A stretch of 64,000 nt of DNA from Cenococcum geophilum (GCA_050273025.1 CP158635.1:32426001-32490000), one strand, 5' to 3'; shown: positions 1 to 13,789, counted from the first letter of the stretch. A program made the numbers and translations. The notes: a model not told the origin generated them from the sequence alone.

Positions 1-413
1 CATACAGGGTGTGTTGATTGTGCTAGCCATGACTTTTACCCCTCTTGCATATCCTATAACTGCTGTGACTCAAATGATGCATGGCGGGCAGTGCGCCATG
101 CGCAAGGCGTGCTTCTTCCGGGAATCTCAGGATTTTAAGTCCTAAATTGTTATTATTTTGTATTAACGGAGTCCCTAATATATAAATATATACTCTTATC
201 TTTAGCAGTGTAAGAGATGGATGGATTGGATCTAGATCCAAATCCAGTTAGCCTTAAATCCATTAAATCCATCGGATCTGGGTTGAGATCCAAACTTTAT
301 CCATACCCAGGCTTCAATTTTGCCGTATATTAAGCCAATTCTGGCAATTTTTGCCACTTACATAATATAACGGCCCAGTGTGGTTTTTAGTATAATCTAA
401 CTACAGCTGTTTG

Positions 414-594
414 CTAAGCTCTACCGCAACTATCCACTAAGTTCCACCGCAACTGTCTACTAAGTTCCACCGTAACTCTCCACCAAGTTCCACCGCAACT
501 ATCCACTAAGTTCTACTGTAACTATCTACTAAGTTCCACCGTAACTGTCTACTGAGTTCCACCACAACTGTTTATTAAGTTTTACTATAATCTA
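414..594. repeat. Tandem array of ~8 x 23-bp units (consensus ctaagttccaccgcaactrtcya)
   Basis: Units start at 414, 437, 460, 483, 506, 529, 552 and 575. Most differences between them are C>T/G>A transitions. Confidence 0.9.
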
Positions 595-936
595 CGGACC
601 CTAACTTCTACTAACTAATTAGGATTTTCCATACCCGGTATAGAAAATCGCTATTAACTTACTACTAGCGCCTTAGCGGCACTTGTGAGGATTACTTAAA
701 TTTATAACCTCCGCCTCTTAGACCTAATTAACTTTAAAGGAGTTAACTTTATAGGCTTAAGTGGAGTTATATTAAGTCTTAAATTAATAATCTTATTCTT
801 ATTCTAGGAGTAGAGATATAAAGTTGTCTAGATTGTACTCTACTTAAGGTAGTTATAGCGTTTTATAATTATCTAGCTAAAACGGCTAAAGATACATTCT
901 GGCTTATTACTTATAGCTAGAATTAATAGAAAATTA

Positions 937-2729
937 ATAGACAATCTAATTATATAGGCTTGCGCGACCCTTTTGCCGTACTTATACCTTAATTAACTAA
1001 GTCGCTAATATTATTTAAAGCTCATCTACTCTTCTTCTTAGGAAAAAACTTAAATATATCTATAGGACTATAAATAGGAATAGAATATAAAAGTAGACCT
1101 AAAGACTATTACCAAAACTAGAAGAATAGAAAAGAATAATAAGACCTATAGAATATGTATAGACTAGAACCCCTATAAAATCCTAATAAAAGTTACCCTA
1201 ATAACTATACTACTATACTAAAAATATAGCAGCTGGTAAAGTAGCTATAGGACCCTTAAATACCTCTAATAGTAAAATAGCAACTAACTTAAACTCCTAG
1301 GTAGAGCTTATAGCAGCTAATGCCGAAATTAAATAACTTTAAACGCTATTTAAAGCTAGAGAACCCCCTATACCTAATAAAGAGTTATTAAACACCTAGA
1401 GACTTGCTATAGTCCTTAAGGCCCTAGCCTAATATATAGTATTAGCATTATTACGGTTCGCGAAGGTCGCGGACTCCCTATTACTTATTAATGGAACTAA
1501 TTCTATATTTAATAACTAGAAGCTTTAATTATAAAATAAGCTTAAAGTTAATACGGACCACTTCCCTACTATTTAAGCTAAAATGGCCTATATCTTCGGC
1601 CGTACCAGTAAAGACGTATAGACGCATCTACGTTTATAATATATATAGGACTTAGCAGATCCCTTCCTATTTAGAGAAGAGATAATCGCTTACCTATCTT
1701 CTATTTATAAGGACCCCTTTAAAATATAGAATATATAGCTTAATTATAAAAGCCTAAATATAAAAATAATAGAGACATTATAACTATTTTGCGAATTTAC
1801 CTCCGCATTAACGGACGAAGGTAGTATAATATTCCCTTCCTTATTACGGACCTGGGAAGCTATAATATAATTTTAGAAAGAAAATGGCTAGCCTATTTAG
1901 GCTTATAGCTTAATATATAGAGTAGGCGGCTTATTTAGCCTAAAACCCTACCCCTAACCCCTCCTTTTATGGAAGAAATTAGCATTATAATAGAAAACCT
2001 TATACAGCCCTATATTAATACTATTTACTAAGTAGATGCTATGCGTAGAGACTAGGCCTTTAAGAAAGATATATAGCTTAACCTATAACGGATCTATATA
2101 CTACGCCGCCCCTAGACTAGCTATACTACGCTACCTATACTAAAGACCTAGAAAGCTAGTAGTAACCTAACTAAGTTAACTATAGAGGACTTAGGCCCTA
2201 TACAGCTATAAAGGAAAGCTAGGAATATTAAACGCTATACTAAACTAATAGATAGGAAAGACAACTTATAGAAAATAGAATGTAAGCTAAAGAAGACTAT
2301 AAACCCTATACCGTAAAATATAACCTAATAGATATCTGTAAAGAAACTAGCGGACCTCCTACCAGTTAATATCTGCTATATTAGTGCCGTAGGATTCTAT
2401 TAGAACTTAGTTTAGCCTAATACCATTGCCTTTATAACTAGCTTATATAAAATTAATTAAATAATTAAGGAAAAGGAAAGTAAGCTTAGTAGATAAGAAA
2501 GTAAGCTTATAAATAAGGAACTGGTAGAATAAAAGCTGCCCTATTAATACTAGAAATTAAAAAACGTATTTTCTAAAGTAGCGTCTAATATACTTCTACC
2601 TTACTAACTGTATAACTATAAGATCGAGATTAAGTAAGGTAAGAAAAATACCCTTAGCTTTAGCCCCCTTTATAAGCAGTTTATTGCCAAATTATAGGCT
2701 ATAAAGTAGTATCTTATTAATAGCCTAGA
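937..2729 (+). mobile_element. Ty3/Gypsy family A copy 1, 5' half (partial 5' LTR, gag, internal deletion, start of pol), RIP-inactivated
   Basis: 937-1010 matches the 3' end of the family A LTR (25626-25872). The following sequence is colinear with 25873-28400, apart from a ~0.8-kb gag/protease deletion near 1775. It ends at the LINE target site tagcctaga (2721-2729). Confidence 0.9.
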
Positions 2730-5042
2730 ATGGGCACTTACTTTAGACTATATCCCCATCCAGATACAGCTAGATTTAGATATTAAGGCGTAACTAAATA
2801 GCAAAAGATACGCAATAAGGATGCTTAAGGTAAACAGCTTCCTTAATACAGTTAAATAACAACTCTAGGACCTAGAAGAAATCCACCCAATACTAAACGA
2901 GCGAGGCTTATTAGCTACCCCTAAGGAAATCAACCGAAGACTAAAAAGGATCTAAGTAGCGGTTAAAAATGGGTTAAAAGAGCACTGCTCAGTCTTAAGA
3001 CTAGGCCCCTATACGCGATATATATAGTCCGCATAATACACAGTTCTTATAACTAGCCAACAATAAGCAAGAAGGAAATACTTAAGCAGCTATAACCTAA
3101 AGATAAGAGATAATATAAAGACACAAAAAACTAGTTAAAGAATACCCTAAAAAAAGAAGCAAGGAATAACTAGAGACGATTTATAAACGAGTATACTTTT
3201 AATCTAAGCCTCCCCTATAATAAGGGCCTATAGGCTATAGTAAAATAGGCAAAGAAAAAGGCAGGGCGACTAGTAGAAGATCTATACCTACTACCCCTAT
3301 AAAGAGCAGGGGAATTATAGGCCACTAACAATAATAATAAGAAGGTAAAGATCCTTATAGAAAGGTTCTTCCTCTAACTAGCTCCAGTAGACCTTAGTAA
3401 TATTATAGGTAAAACACTAGTAACTTACTTATAGGTTAACAGCAACATAATAATAGAGGGAATAGCTAAAACTATTAGCCACCTTTTAAATAATATAGCA
3501 CTAGAACTAAATAGGATTCTAAATAAGGCCCTAAAGACCTATAGACTACTTATAGTACCCTAGCTTATAGATATAGCTAGAGCATGCTTTACTATAGGCT
3601 ACTACCTATAACTTAGAAGATCTATAACAACAGTTATTCTATAAAAAGAAGGCAAAGTAGATTACTTAATCCCAGAAAGCTACCGCCCTATTACCTTAAA
3701 AAACACCCTTAGTAAGATCTTAGAAAAGGTAATAGCAGACTATATAACAGATATAGCTAAGGAACACGCCCTACTACTATAGAGCTAAATAGGGGCAAGA
3801 AAGAACCGCTTAACACTATTAGCATTTACGCTACTTGCTACCACTATTAAATCTATATAGGCGATGCGAAGGGACTTTGTAGTATTAATACTCAGCCTAG
3901 ATATTAGTGGCGCCTATAATAACGTACCCTATAAGTGTCTCCTATATATCCTTAGGGCAAAAGGCTTCCTAGAATAGATTATATAATTTATTTAAGGGTT
4001 TATAAGTTAGAAAGAAATATCACTAGTCTTTAGCAGATACTAGAGCCCCCCTATTATAGTTATAACAGGAATACTATAAGGATTACCCCTCTTACCTATA
4101 CTCTTCCTTTTCTTTATAAGTAATCTACTTAACTCCTTTAAGGAAGGGGCGACCTAGGGGATAGGCTTTATTAATAATATAAACCTAATTATATACGGGC
4201 TAATAGCTGTAAAGAATTGCAGAATACTAGAGAAAGCTTATAACACCTATATAGAATAGGCAAGACAATATAGAGTCCAATTCTTACTAGAGAAATACTA
4301 GCTAATCTATTTTATAAAAAACGGAATTAATTTATAGATCTTTAGCATATAATTTATATCTAAGGCTTTAGAGGTTAACTAGTTTAGGGCTTAAGGGTAT
4401 TAGGAGTATAAGTAGATAGTAAGCTCTAGTAGAGCGTATATACGGCATAAGTGGCCTATAAGGGCCAAGTATAGTATATTACATTATCTAGGATTATTAA
4501 TTTTATATAGGGTCTATACTTCTAGAGGTTACGCCTACTATATATAGTAGTTATCTGGCTAACCATAACATATAGGTCCAGTATTTAGGCCATTAGAGAA
4601 TCTAAGAAAGGCCCCCCTAAGTTACTTCTTAAACTACTTTAAAAGGTCTAAATAGCCTACCTTTAAAGTATAATAGGCGCATATAAGCAAACGGCCACAG
4701 CACTACTTAAGAAGGAAGCTAATATTCCCCCCTTATAACTATATATTAAAGCCGCTATAATATAAAGGGCGTAAAATAAATATAACTCTAATGTTATAAA
4801 GTATATTAAGACATACCTAAATAAACTATAAAGGGACCCTAGGGCGCTCTATAGGAGAATAAACTAATAACCCTAAAGTAGGGAAGATATATTAAAGAAA
4901 TAAGTAAAGAAAGTAAAAGAAGAATAGTGCTACTTTAGGGCCCAGGCCTATATAGAGGAGGAAGGGAGACGTATAAGAGGCTAGTAAAGATAATAATAAG
5001 AAAGAGAAAAAAGCTAAAGTAGAGTATAAAAGAACACTAGGA
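2730..5042 (+). mobile_element. Tad1-like LINE copy 2, 5'-truncated, RT-containing part, RIP-inactivated
   Basis: Reverse complement of ~22204-24516 of the full-length LINE. De-RIPped RT motifs: SYRPIALENTLSKILE (~3680), LSLDISGAYDNV (~3890), GIPQGSPLSPILFLF (~4070), GFIDD (~4165). Confidence 0.9.
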
Positions 5043-5365
5043 GTGGTTGCCTAATAGATTAACTCTAATTATATTCTAAGAATTACTATAAGGAAGGAAC
5101 TATCTAGGTAGGGACTAAGGGTCCTTAAATATACAACCGTACTCCTATGAAATCCTTCTTATACGTAATGTACGTCTTATATATAAGGTACGTAAGTTCC
5201 TCCCATTCCTTTCGTTTAATACGTAGTATGTTATATAACCTTGGTTACCATTCTTCGTCATATAGCTTTATTGGCTCCATCCTAGACCGTGCCTAAATTA
5301 ACTAACTAGCTTCTTCCGACTCTTCTCTAAGTAGTCGTAACATTGTACTTAAAGCGTCCGTAATA
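5040..5365 (-). mobile_element. Displaced 326-bp outer part of the 5' LTR of family B copy 2
   Basis: Shares subtype-specific sequence (ggaaggaact...gggactaagggtccttaaat) with the 3' LTR at 62898-63321 but not with the copy-1 LTRs. It is flanked by aggaa (5366-5370), the reverse complement of ttcct at 63322-63326. Confidence 0.88.
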
Positions 5366-8119
5366 AGGAATGGCCTAAGCCTAAGTTCTATAGGGATATC
5401 TAGGTCTTCCTTAGCTTTGCTAACTTCTATAGGCGATTTATCTAAAACTACTTAAATACCGCATACCCCCTATATATATCTCTTGTATAGGTATATTACA
5501 ACCTAACATTAGATAGGGAGAAGAAGAAAAAGCGTAAGTTAAAAGGGCCTACTAAATAATATTAACCTTAGTCCTAGCCTAATAACGCGTAGTAGGCATT
5601 TTGTAAGCTACGTGCTACGTTTATATAGGCTCCTCTACTTTACCACTTTAACCCTAATCTACCCCTAATAGTAATTACTAACGCTTCCGATTATACCTAT
5701 AGCGGTATACTTCTACAGCCTTTAGGGTAAGGAGATTAACTCTACTAGCACCTAATCGCTTATTATAATTAAAAGCTTACTAGCCTAAAAGTATGGTATA
5801 ATATATATAATAAAGAACTACTCACTATAGTGCAATGCTTTAAGACGTGGCGCTACTACCTTAAACACGCCACGCATGTAACGCGCGTACTCTATAATTA
5901 TAATAATCTTAAGTACTTTATAACCACTAAGAGCTTATCTACTCGCTAGGCCTAGTACGCTAAGGAATTAGCTAAGTTTAATTTTAAGATTAAATATAAG
6001 CTAGGTAAGGCAAATTCTACTAATATACTATCCTAGCGCCCGGATTATACTAAAGGCTTTAAAAATAGCAGCAAAAGAACAATACTTAATGCTATACTAC
6101 CTATATTATAGCAAAAGTTGTAGGTTATAGGCCTTATGGGCGGCCCTAGTGCTACTAGATTAAACTAGTAAATAGTATACGTGTAGTATATAAGCAACCT
6201 TTATAAACTTAGCGCCGGCGGATTAGAGCGTCCTACCATTCTCTTTAAAACCACTTTAACTAGCCTAATAGCGCTTAACCCTAGGGAAACCCCCTTAGCC
6301 TAGGCTATAGTCCTCTATAATAACCTAGTAAGTTACCTATATATTATACGTTACTTTACTAGCACTAACTTTATATAGAGTCTTATACTATAGTAAGAGG
6401 TAGTAATAGCTGCTTTAGCCGAAACGGCGTTTATAAAATACCCCCCTAAGTTACTAGTTAATTTTATTTATAAAGTATAAAAAAGGGACGCCTTTATACG
6501 CTCTATATATAATTAGTTAACTTAGGGACGAGTTCCTACTAGTAATAAGGACTATACCCTTAATAATTAAGAACTCCTAAGGTAAAATAATAAGGTCTAG
6601 GTGCTAAATTATATACTATTATAGTAGGAAATCCTTAAGCGGAATTATAACAATCCTATAGGCGGCTACTATAGTTTTGACTATACTTTTAAGATAATTA
6701 TATAAAAGTATACTTAGAACGGCCTTACCTAGGACCTCTATAAATACCTAGATAATTATAATATCTACTAAGGCTTTAAATCGCGCCGCTATAAACCCTA
6801 TAGTAAGCTATAGCCTCTTTAGATCCCCACCTAAGCCTAGCGGTATTATTTACTTAACTTTATTACGGATTTCCCAAAGTCTAAAACTCCTAATGGCGTA
6901 AAGTATAACTTTATTCTTATCCTTATAGACCATTTTATAAAGCTAGTACGCTACTATTTAGTATATAAGATAATTAATGCTATACAACTCGCAGAACTCT
7001 TATTTAGAGTCTTTACGCAAATAGGGCCTCTAAATAATATTATCTCTAATAGGGGTAGTATATTTATAAGCGAGTACTAAAGTACTATATGCTACCATCT
7101 TCGCGTTTAACGTAAACTTAGTACTACATTCTACCTATAAATAAATAGTTAGATAGAGCGTTAAAACTAGGAGCTTAAGATATACCTATATATATTTACG
7201 AACTAGGAACAGTCTAATTAGGCCTCCCTACTTAAAGAAGTAGCCTTTACCTACAACTCTAAGGTCTATGCTATAATAAAGTGTTCCCCTATTAAGCTTA
7301 CCTATAACTAACTACTAAACGTCCTAAATAAAGTCTTAGACAGCGTTTAAGACGCCTAATAAGGTAGAGAGGGGTCTAAGTTAATAAATGTCCAACTTGT
7401 AGAGATATATCTATAACGCCTACGCCTTATATATAAGGTAGTGGCGGCGTCAATAATATACGCCTAAAAGCTTTAAGTAAAATACTATAATTATCACCAC
7501 CTAGCTAAGCACTTTGCCGTTAGTAAATAAGTCCTACTCTTCTCTAAGAACATCCGCATAAAACGTCCCTATAAAAAGCTTAACTATAAGTTTATAGGAC
7601 CGTTTTAGATCTTAGAGCGCGTAGGGCAGTTATAATAAAGCCTTATAGCAGGAACTACGGTAGACTTATTAATAGGCTAGATATGTAGGTAAATAAGAAG
7701 TTAACAACGTAATAATAACTAGTGGAGTGGTTGCCAAATAGATTAACTCTAATTGTATTCTAAGATTTACTACAAAGGAGAGAACTATCTAGGTAAGGAC
7801 TGTGGTCCTTTAAATATATAACCGTACTCCTAAGAAATCCCCTTTATACATAAGGTACGTATTATACATATTATATATACGTTTCCTTTATATACCGTAT
7901 ATACTATATATAATGTTATATAACCTTAGTTACTATTTCTCGTTATGTAGCTCTATTGGTTCTATTCTAGACCGTGCCTAAATTAACTAACTAGCTTCTT
8001 CTAACTCTTTTCTAAGTAGTTATAATATTATACTTAAAGCGTCTATAATACTATCTCCCTCCTCTTTATCTTCGTCCTTAAAAATTCTAAATATCTCTAA
8101 GTTATTTACTAGAGGTATA

Positions 8120-9269
8120 ATGTCCGTCTAATTAATTTAGTTAATATTATTACTTATTATACCTAAAATTCCTTCCTCTTTATAGGCGCAACGTTGTTCT
8201 CGTACTATTACTATAATATTATCTTTTAGTAAGATTATACTATCTCTATATTCTCGCTGTTTAAAAGAGGGGTTGGTTTATATTATATTAGCGAGCCCAT
8301 CCTTATAATAACCGTCCTCTTACTTAAAGTATACTAAAGCGAATATTTATTTATCCTATAACGTTCGCTCTATCTCTAATACTAAATATACGCAACCTAT
8401 TACTCTTAATAGTCGTCTAGTTCCTTAACTAATTTATCTTAGGGTCTTATATTTAATCTACTACTGCGCGGCTAGATAGTAAACTGTCTTAAGCCCTTAT
8501 TAAGTTAAAACGTTCTTATAACGTGGACTAAAAGGCTCTTAAAGCCTATATTACGGCGTCCGCTTAATTACTTTATCTTAAAAAGGGTTATAAGAAGGTT
8601 TATTTTAAGGAGTAGAAACTTATAAAATAAGGTTTATAAGAACTTAGTAATAAAAAAACGGATTCTCTTTTAGCTAAGAAGGAAATAAATCTAAGTAGCT
8701 TAGTAACTGCTCTTCTTAGGTCCCCCTTAGGTGGTTTATTTTTTAACGTGTTTGACCACTCCCCGGGCCATACTAGTCCTCGGGCCACTCTAAAAACCAC
8801 CAAAAATCGAGAAAATCGCATTTTGATATCTTAATAACGGCTCTATAATAAATTCTAAAATTCTATAGCTAACCTTTTATGCCTATTCTAAGACTCTACT
8901 CTGACTTTGGAAGTAATTTATTTAGTAGTTTTAGAGGAATAGTAATTTAGCTTAAAATTGGGGGCTAAAACTCAATATCTTGATAACGGCTAGGCTGATT
9001 ATTCTAGAACTTTAATAGGAGTCTTAGAATAGGCATAAAAGGCTAGCTATGGAATTTTATAATTTATTATAGAGCCGTTGTTAAGATATCAAAATGCGAT
9101 TTTCTTGATTTTTGGTGGTTTTTGGAGTGGCCCGAGGACTGGTGTGGCCCGGGGAGTGGTCAAACACGTTAGCGATTCTTCTTTATTAATACTGCCTAAC
9201 CTAATCTCTTCTAATACTCCTATACCTTTTCTATAGCGTTCTTTAGATTCTTTAATAGCTCCTAGGTAG
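8120..9269 (+). pseudogene. Antisense accessory ORF of family B copy 1 (Zn2Cys6-like cluster, coiled coil, acidic/Ser-rich tail), RIP-damaged and interrupted by a MITE; 3' end approximate
   Basis: ATG at 8120. Tyr/Cys codons at 8249, 8258, 8279, 8321, 8330 and 8357 give C-x2-C-x6-C-x13-C-x2-C-x8-C if TAT/TAC are read as RIPped TGT/TGC. Putative intron 8388-8442. All internal stops read are TAA/TAG. Confidence 0.65.
8746..9169. mobile_element. 424-bp MITE with ~151-bp TIRs (pogo/Fot1-type ACGT ends)
   Basis: 8746-8896 is the inverted repeat of 9019-9169. TA duplication at 8744-8745 and 9170-9171. The orthologous site in family B copy 2 (~62203) has a single TA. Confidence 0.95.
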
Positions 9270-11269
9270 TCTTAGTATAGCCTATTTACCTAACCTTATA
9301 CTATATTTTATTGTTAATATCCTTATAACTAATAATCTTTAAAACTTACTATTTATCTTCTTCTTGCCCTCTATATATATCTGCTTTATAAACTAATAGC
9401 TTAATATTTCTATATACTGGTTCTAGCATTGCGATATACTATATAGGGTAGATTTTTATCTTAGCTAGTAGGTTTAACTTAAACGTGACTAGTGAAATCC
9501 TTTATATAATTTTAAAAGGTCCTAGTCTAACATAGTCTAACTTCTTACTTAGTTATTAACTTTTAAAAATTTTGTGTAGTAGCTATACTTTATCTCCCTC
9601 CTTAAGATCTAGTCCTTTAGATCTCTTAGCATTATAGTACCTTTTTATTCTTTTTTATACTTTCTTTACTAATTCTATAAGGTCTATATAAAGATTTATT
9701 AGTGTTTTCATTCATTCTTTAGCTATACTACTTATTTTCTTTACTTACTATAGTAATAACAATGTTCTTGGCTTATATCTATAGTTTGCCTTAAATAGTA
9801 ATATGCCTATTCCTTCTTATAGTGTTATATTATATATAAACTATATAACTAGTAATAGTAATACCCAATTATTCTATATATAATTAATATAATATCTTAA
9901 ATACTCTTTTAGTATCTAATTTAATCTTTCTATTTAACCGTCTATCTACAGGTAATATACGGTAGAAGTTACTGCTTAAACTCTTTACTCTGCTAAGAAT
10001 ACTTCCTAAAATACTGCTATAAATCTTAGGTCTCTATCCAATATAATCTTACTTAGTACTCTATATCTTATAAATACTTCTTTAATATAGATTTTAGCGA
10101 TATCTTCCGCTAATATTTCTTCTGTGCATACTATAAAGTAGCCCTACTTAGTTAACTTATCTACTATTACTAAGATTATATTATAATCTTGTCCGGTAAT
10201 AGGGTCTTTTAACTTTAGTAATTTAACGATAAAGTCCTATAATATAACCTTCTATAGTCTCTCTAGTATCTTAATAGGTTATAGCCCTCCGTATAGCTTA
10301 TACCTTATTAGTTTATTTATTTAGCAATCTAGATACTCTTTTATTACTTTTCTTAAAATATTTTAGATTCTATTAATAATATATTCTTCTTAAAGTCTTA
10401 ATACTAAACCTATTGCTCTATTATGCCCTTAAGTTATTCCTTTATAGAAGTCTTCTGTAAAATGCTTTACTATGCTTTTTAGGATATACTTCGCTTCTTA
10501 ATTCTTGTATATATCCATCTATAAATCTTCTAGCTATGCTTTTAGAATTCTCTATACCTAAAAGCTCTCTAATATCTTATAGACTCTTTCTATTTTATTA
10601 TCCTCTTAAGTTACTACTAGTTTGGGGTAATTATACCTAATCTATCTATCCTTATCTCTGCGTAGTATTGCTTTTAATAGTTTCTTATTATTTTATAGTT
10701 TAGCTTTTCTACTAAGTACGTTTACTCTTATATTCTTAGTTCTTTTAGTATACTAAATTTTAAAATAGTATTCTGTAAGCATCTCTACCTATTTAACCTA
10801 TCTCTAATTAAGTTCTTTTATTATTAGGAACCATATTAGATTCTTATAATCCGTTTTAACTATAAATAGTTTCTTTACGCCTTATAAAAATGCTCTTTAT
10901 TCCTTAAGTGCTATAACTATACCTAATAACTCTTTATTATAGACGTTATAGTTTAACTCTAGTGGTGTTATCTTTCTACTATAGTATAATATTAGGTGCT
11001 ATGCGTCCTTATGCTTCTATAGTAAGTATACTCCTAATATATAGTCTAATGTATCCGTTTCTACAACCATGTCTAACCCTAGTTAGTAGATTTTAAGAAT
11101 TGGCTCCTAGGTAAATAATTCCTTAAGTTCTTTAAATAGCCTTTTTTATTCGTCTCCCTATACCTATAGTTCCTCTTTCTTTATAAGCCTAGTAAATGGT
11201 TTAATATTCTTTAACTACTGTGCTATAAACCTCCTATAGTAGTTATAAAACCCTAAAAATAACCTTAAC

Positions 11270-11433
11270 TGTCACGGCACCGTTACAGACCCTAGTCAGG
11301 GGCTTGCTTAGAGACTTGGCTCGTGTATATAGACCTAGCCTTTCCTCGACCTTCTTCTGCTCCTCAGCTTAGTATCTTTGTAATACAGTATTCTACAAGC
11401 TTCGGTTCAGAGGCATTTATACGAGCCGTAACA
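11270..11433. mobile_element. 164-bp solo LTR of a fifth family
   Basis: TGTCAC...GTAACA ends, perfect TTAAC duplication (11265-11269, 11434-11438), absent from family B copy 2 (~60115). Confidence 0.88.
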
Positions 11434-13789
11434 TTAACTGCGTTATATTCTCTAGTTCTTACTAACTTACTATAGCTTCGATTTTCTTTAGGTTTATACT
11501 AATATAACCTAGTTTAATAATAAATTTAATAAAATCGGTCTTTCTTATAAAGAACTTGTATTTCTTAATTATTACTAGCATCTGTTCTTTCTATAGTCTC
11601 TTTAAGACCTATTTAACGTATTCCCCGTGTTTTTCCTTAGTTATTAAGTAGATAATAATATTGTTAAGGTATGCTATAATAAACTTATTAAGGTGTTCTC
11701 CTAATACACTATTAATTTATTTTTAAAATGTTGCGGGTATATTTATTAATCTAAATTATATAATTAATAGCTTATATAGTCCTTCTTTTAACCTAAAAGT
11801 TGCTTTTTATTTATTGCCTTCCTTAATCCTAATCTAATGGTACGCCTATCTTAGATATATCTTTATAAAGATTTGCGCGTTACCTATTTAATCCTAGATT
11901 TTACTAATTAAGGGTAAAGTATACCTATCCTTCCGAGTAATGCTATTTAACTATTTATAGTTAATATATAATCTGAGTTTTCCGTTTTTCTTTGGTATAA
12001 ATAGTACTGAATAACCTACTAATAACTGTGATGGTCTAATATACCCCTTTTATAAGTTTTCTTAGATAAACTCCTTAAGTACGCTTGCTTCTTATATAAG
12101 CTTATAGGTTAGAAAGAACCTTAGACTTATTCCTAGTTCTAACTCTATTTTATAGTCCTATACTATATATTTTGCTTGCTTTTTATTTTTTAGACTCTAT
12201 AGTTTCTTGCTATACTTATAGTATCTCTTTAGTATATAACTTAAGCCTCGCTTAGTCTCTTTATATATCGCTTTAACTTAGTACTATACTAACTTAGTTT
12301 ACTATTATATCTTACGTTATTAAGTATCTCTAATATTAACCTAACCTGTAATCTAATTAATCCTTAGGTTATATTTCTATAACTAAGGCATACCTAATAC
12401 TGCCTTATTTTGTCCTAATAGTAGGATATTAAAAGATATCTTAATTCGTCTTCCTTTAATAGTTATCTAAATAGGTCCTATTTTAAGATTAATAATCCCT
12501 CCTCTATAGACTATTAGATCTCCTAAAATTGTAACTAATAGGTAAAGTTACTCCTTCTATCTATAAGGTAATTTTATTCTCTTAACTATTACTAATAAAA
12601 TATAGTTCCGCGCTACTCTACTATCTATTAGCGCTTTAAACTATTAATTTTACTAATTTACTTATAAATTTAGGTGTTATTCTTAAATTCCTTTAAGGTC
12701 TAAGGCTCTACTACTAGCTCCCTCTAGTCCTATAGGCCTCCACTTTTCCTAATTATTAGCTACTTAATCTTGTTATACTTAGCTTATCCTTTAGCTAATA
12801 CCTAGTTTACTTTTTATCTTCTATATACTATAAATATATATTCTCTAGGTATTCCCACCACTATTATCTATCTAAGTATTCTTCTATAAGGAATCTTTCT
12901 AGTTAAAGTATTAAGTCTCCTAACTCTTAAGCTTTTATAGGATGCTATCTATATATATACTTAGTATTTTTATACTATCGCTTATTTAGTGCCCAATACA
13001 TCCTTATAGGGTATTTTTAATTCTTTTCTTTTAGGTTTTTGTGCATTTTATATATATCGTCTATATATACGATCTATAATAGCGTGTAGTGTGCTAGGTA
13101 CTTCGGGTTAACTCTTAACTTATCTTTATCTTTAAGTTTAAGCCTTTACTATATTAATCTAAATATTATAACTTTATTTATAGGTACTAAGATACGCCTC
13201 TCGCTTCTCTAATCCTCTAATTATTCCTCTAAATCCTTTAACGTTATAATTAAGGCTCCTTTAATATAAGTTATAACCTTTTCTATAATTAGGTAGTCTT
13301 AAATAACTCGTTTATCTAACTATATATAGAAATCTTCTTACTTATTATTGTGTCGCTACCTATACTACTTTTAATATAGCTATTAAAGTATATACAGCTT
13401 ATCCGTAAGGAAGTATCTTCTTATTACTATGTTGTAACAGCCCTTTATATATTGTTCTTTAAACCTAGTAGGGATCCCTAAATCCTCTTCGTTTTTTTAG
13501 CTTGGTAAGCTACTTAGCTCTTAATATGCCTATCCTAGGCCTATTAGTAATTCTTTATATTAGTGCTTTATCCCTTATACGTCCTAATATACCAGATCTC
13601 TTATCTAGTTTCTATTCTTGCTATATAATAATTCTTTATCTAAATTCTTTTATGGTTTCCTTTAGTTTACGTCTTACGCTTAAATCCTTAAAGTTTTCTT
13701 ACTTCTTAATTTTGGTATTAATACTTTAATCCTTTTACTAAGTCTTACTCGTAATTTCTTTAATAGTTTTTATTCTGTTGCTAAAATCT

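Noticed and set aside
213..310. ggat/atcc-rich patch resembling hAT subterminal repeats
   Set aside because: No convincing TIR pair or 8-bp TSD.
414..594. CRISPR-like appearance of the 23-bp repeats
   Set aside because: Units are head-to-tail with no unique spacers, the context is eukaryotic and there are no cas genes.
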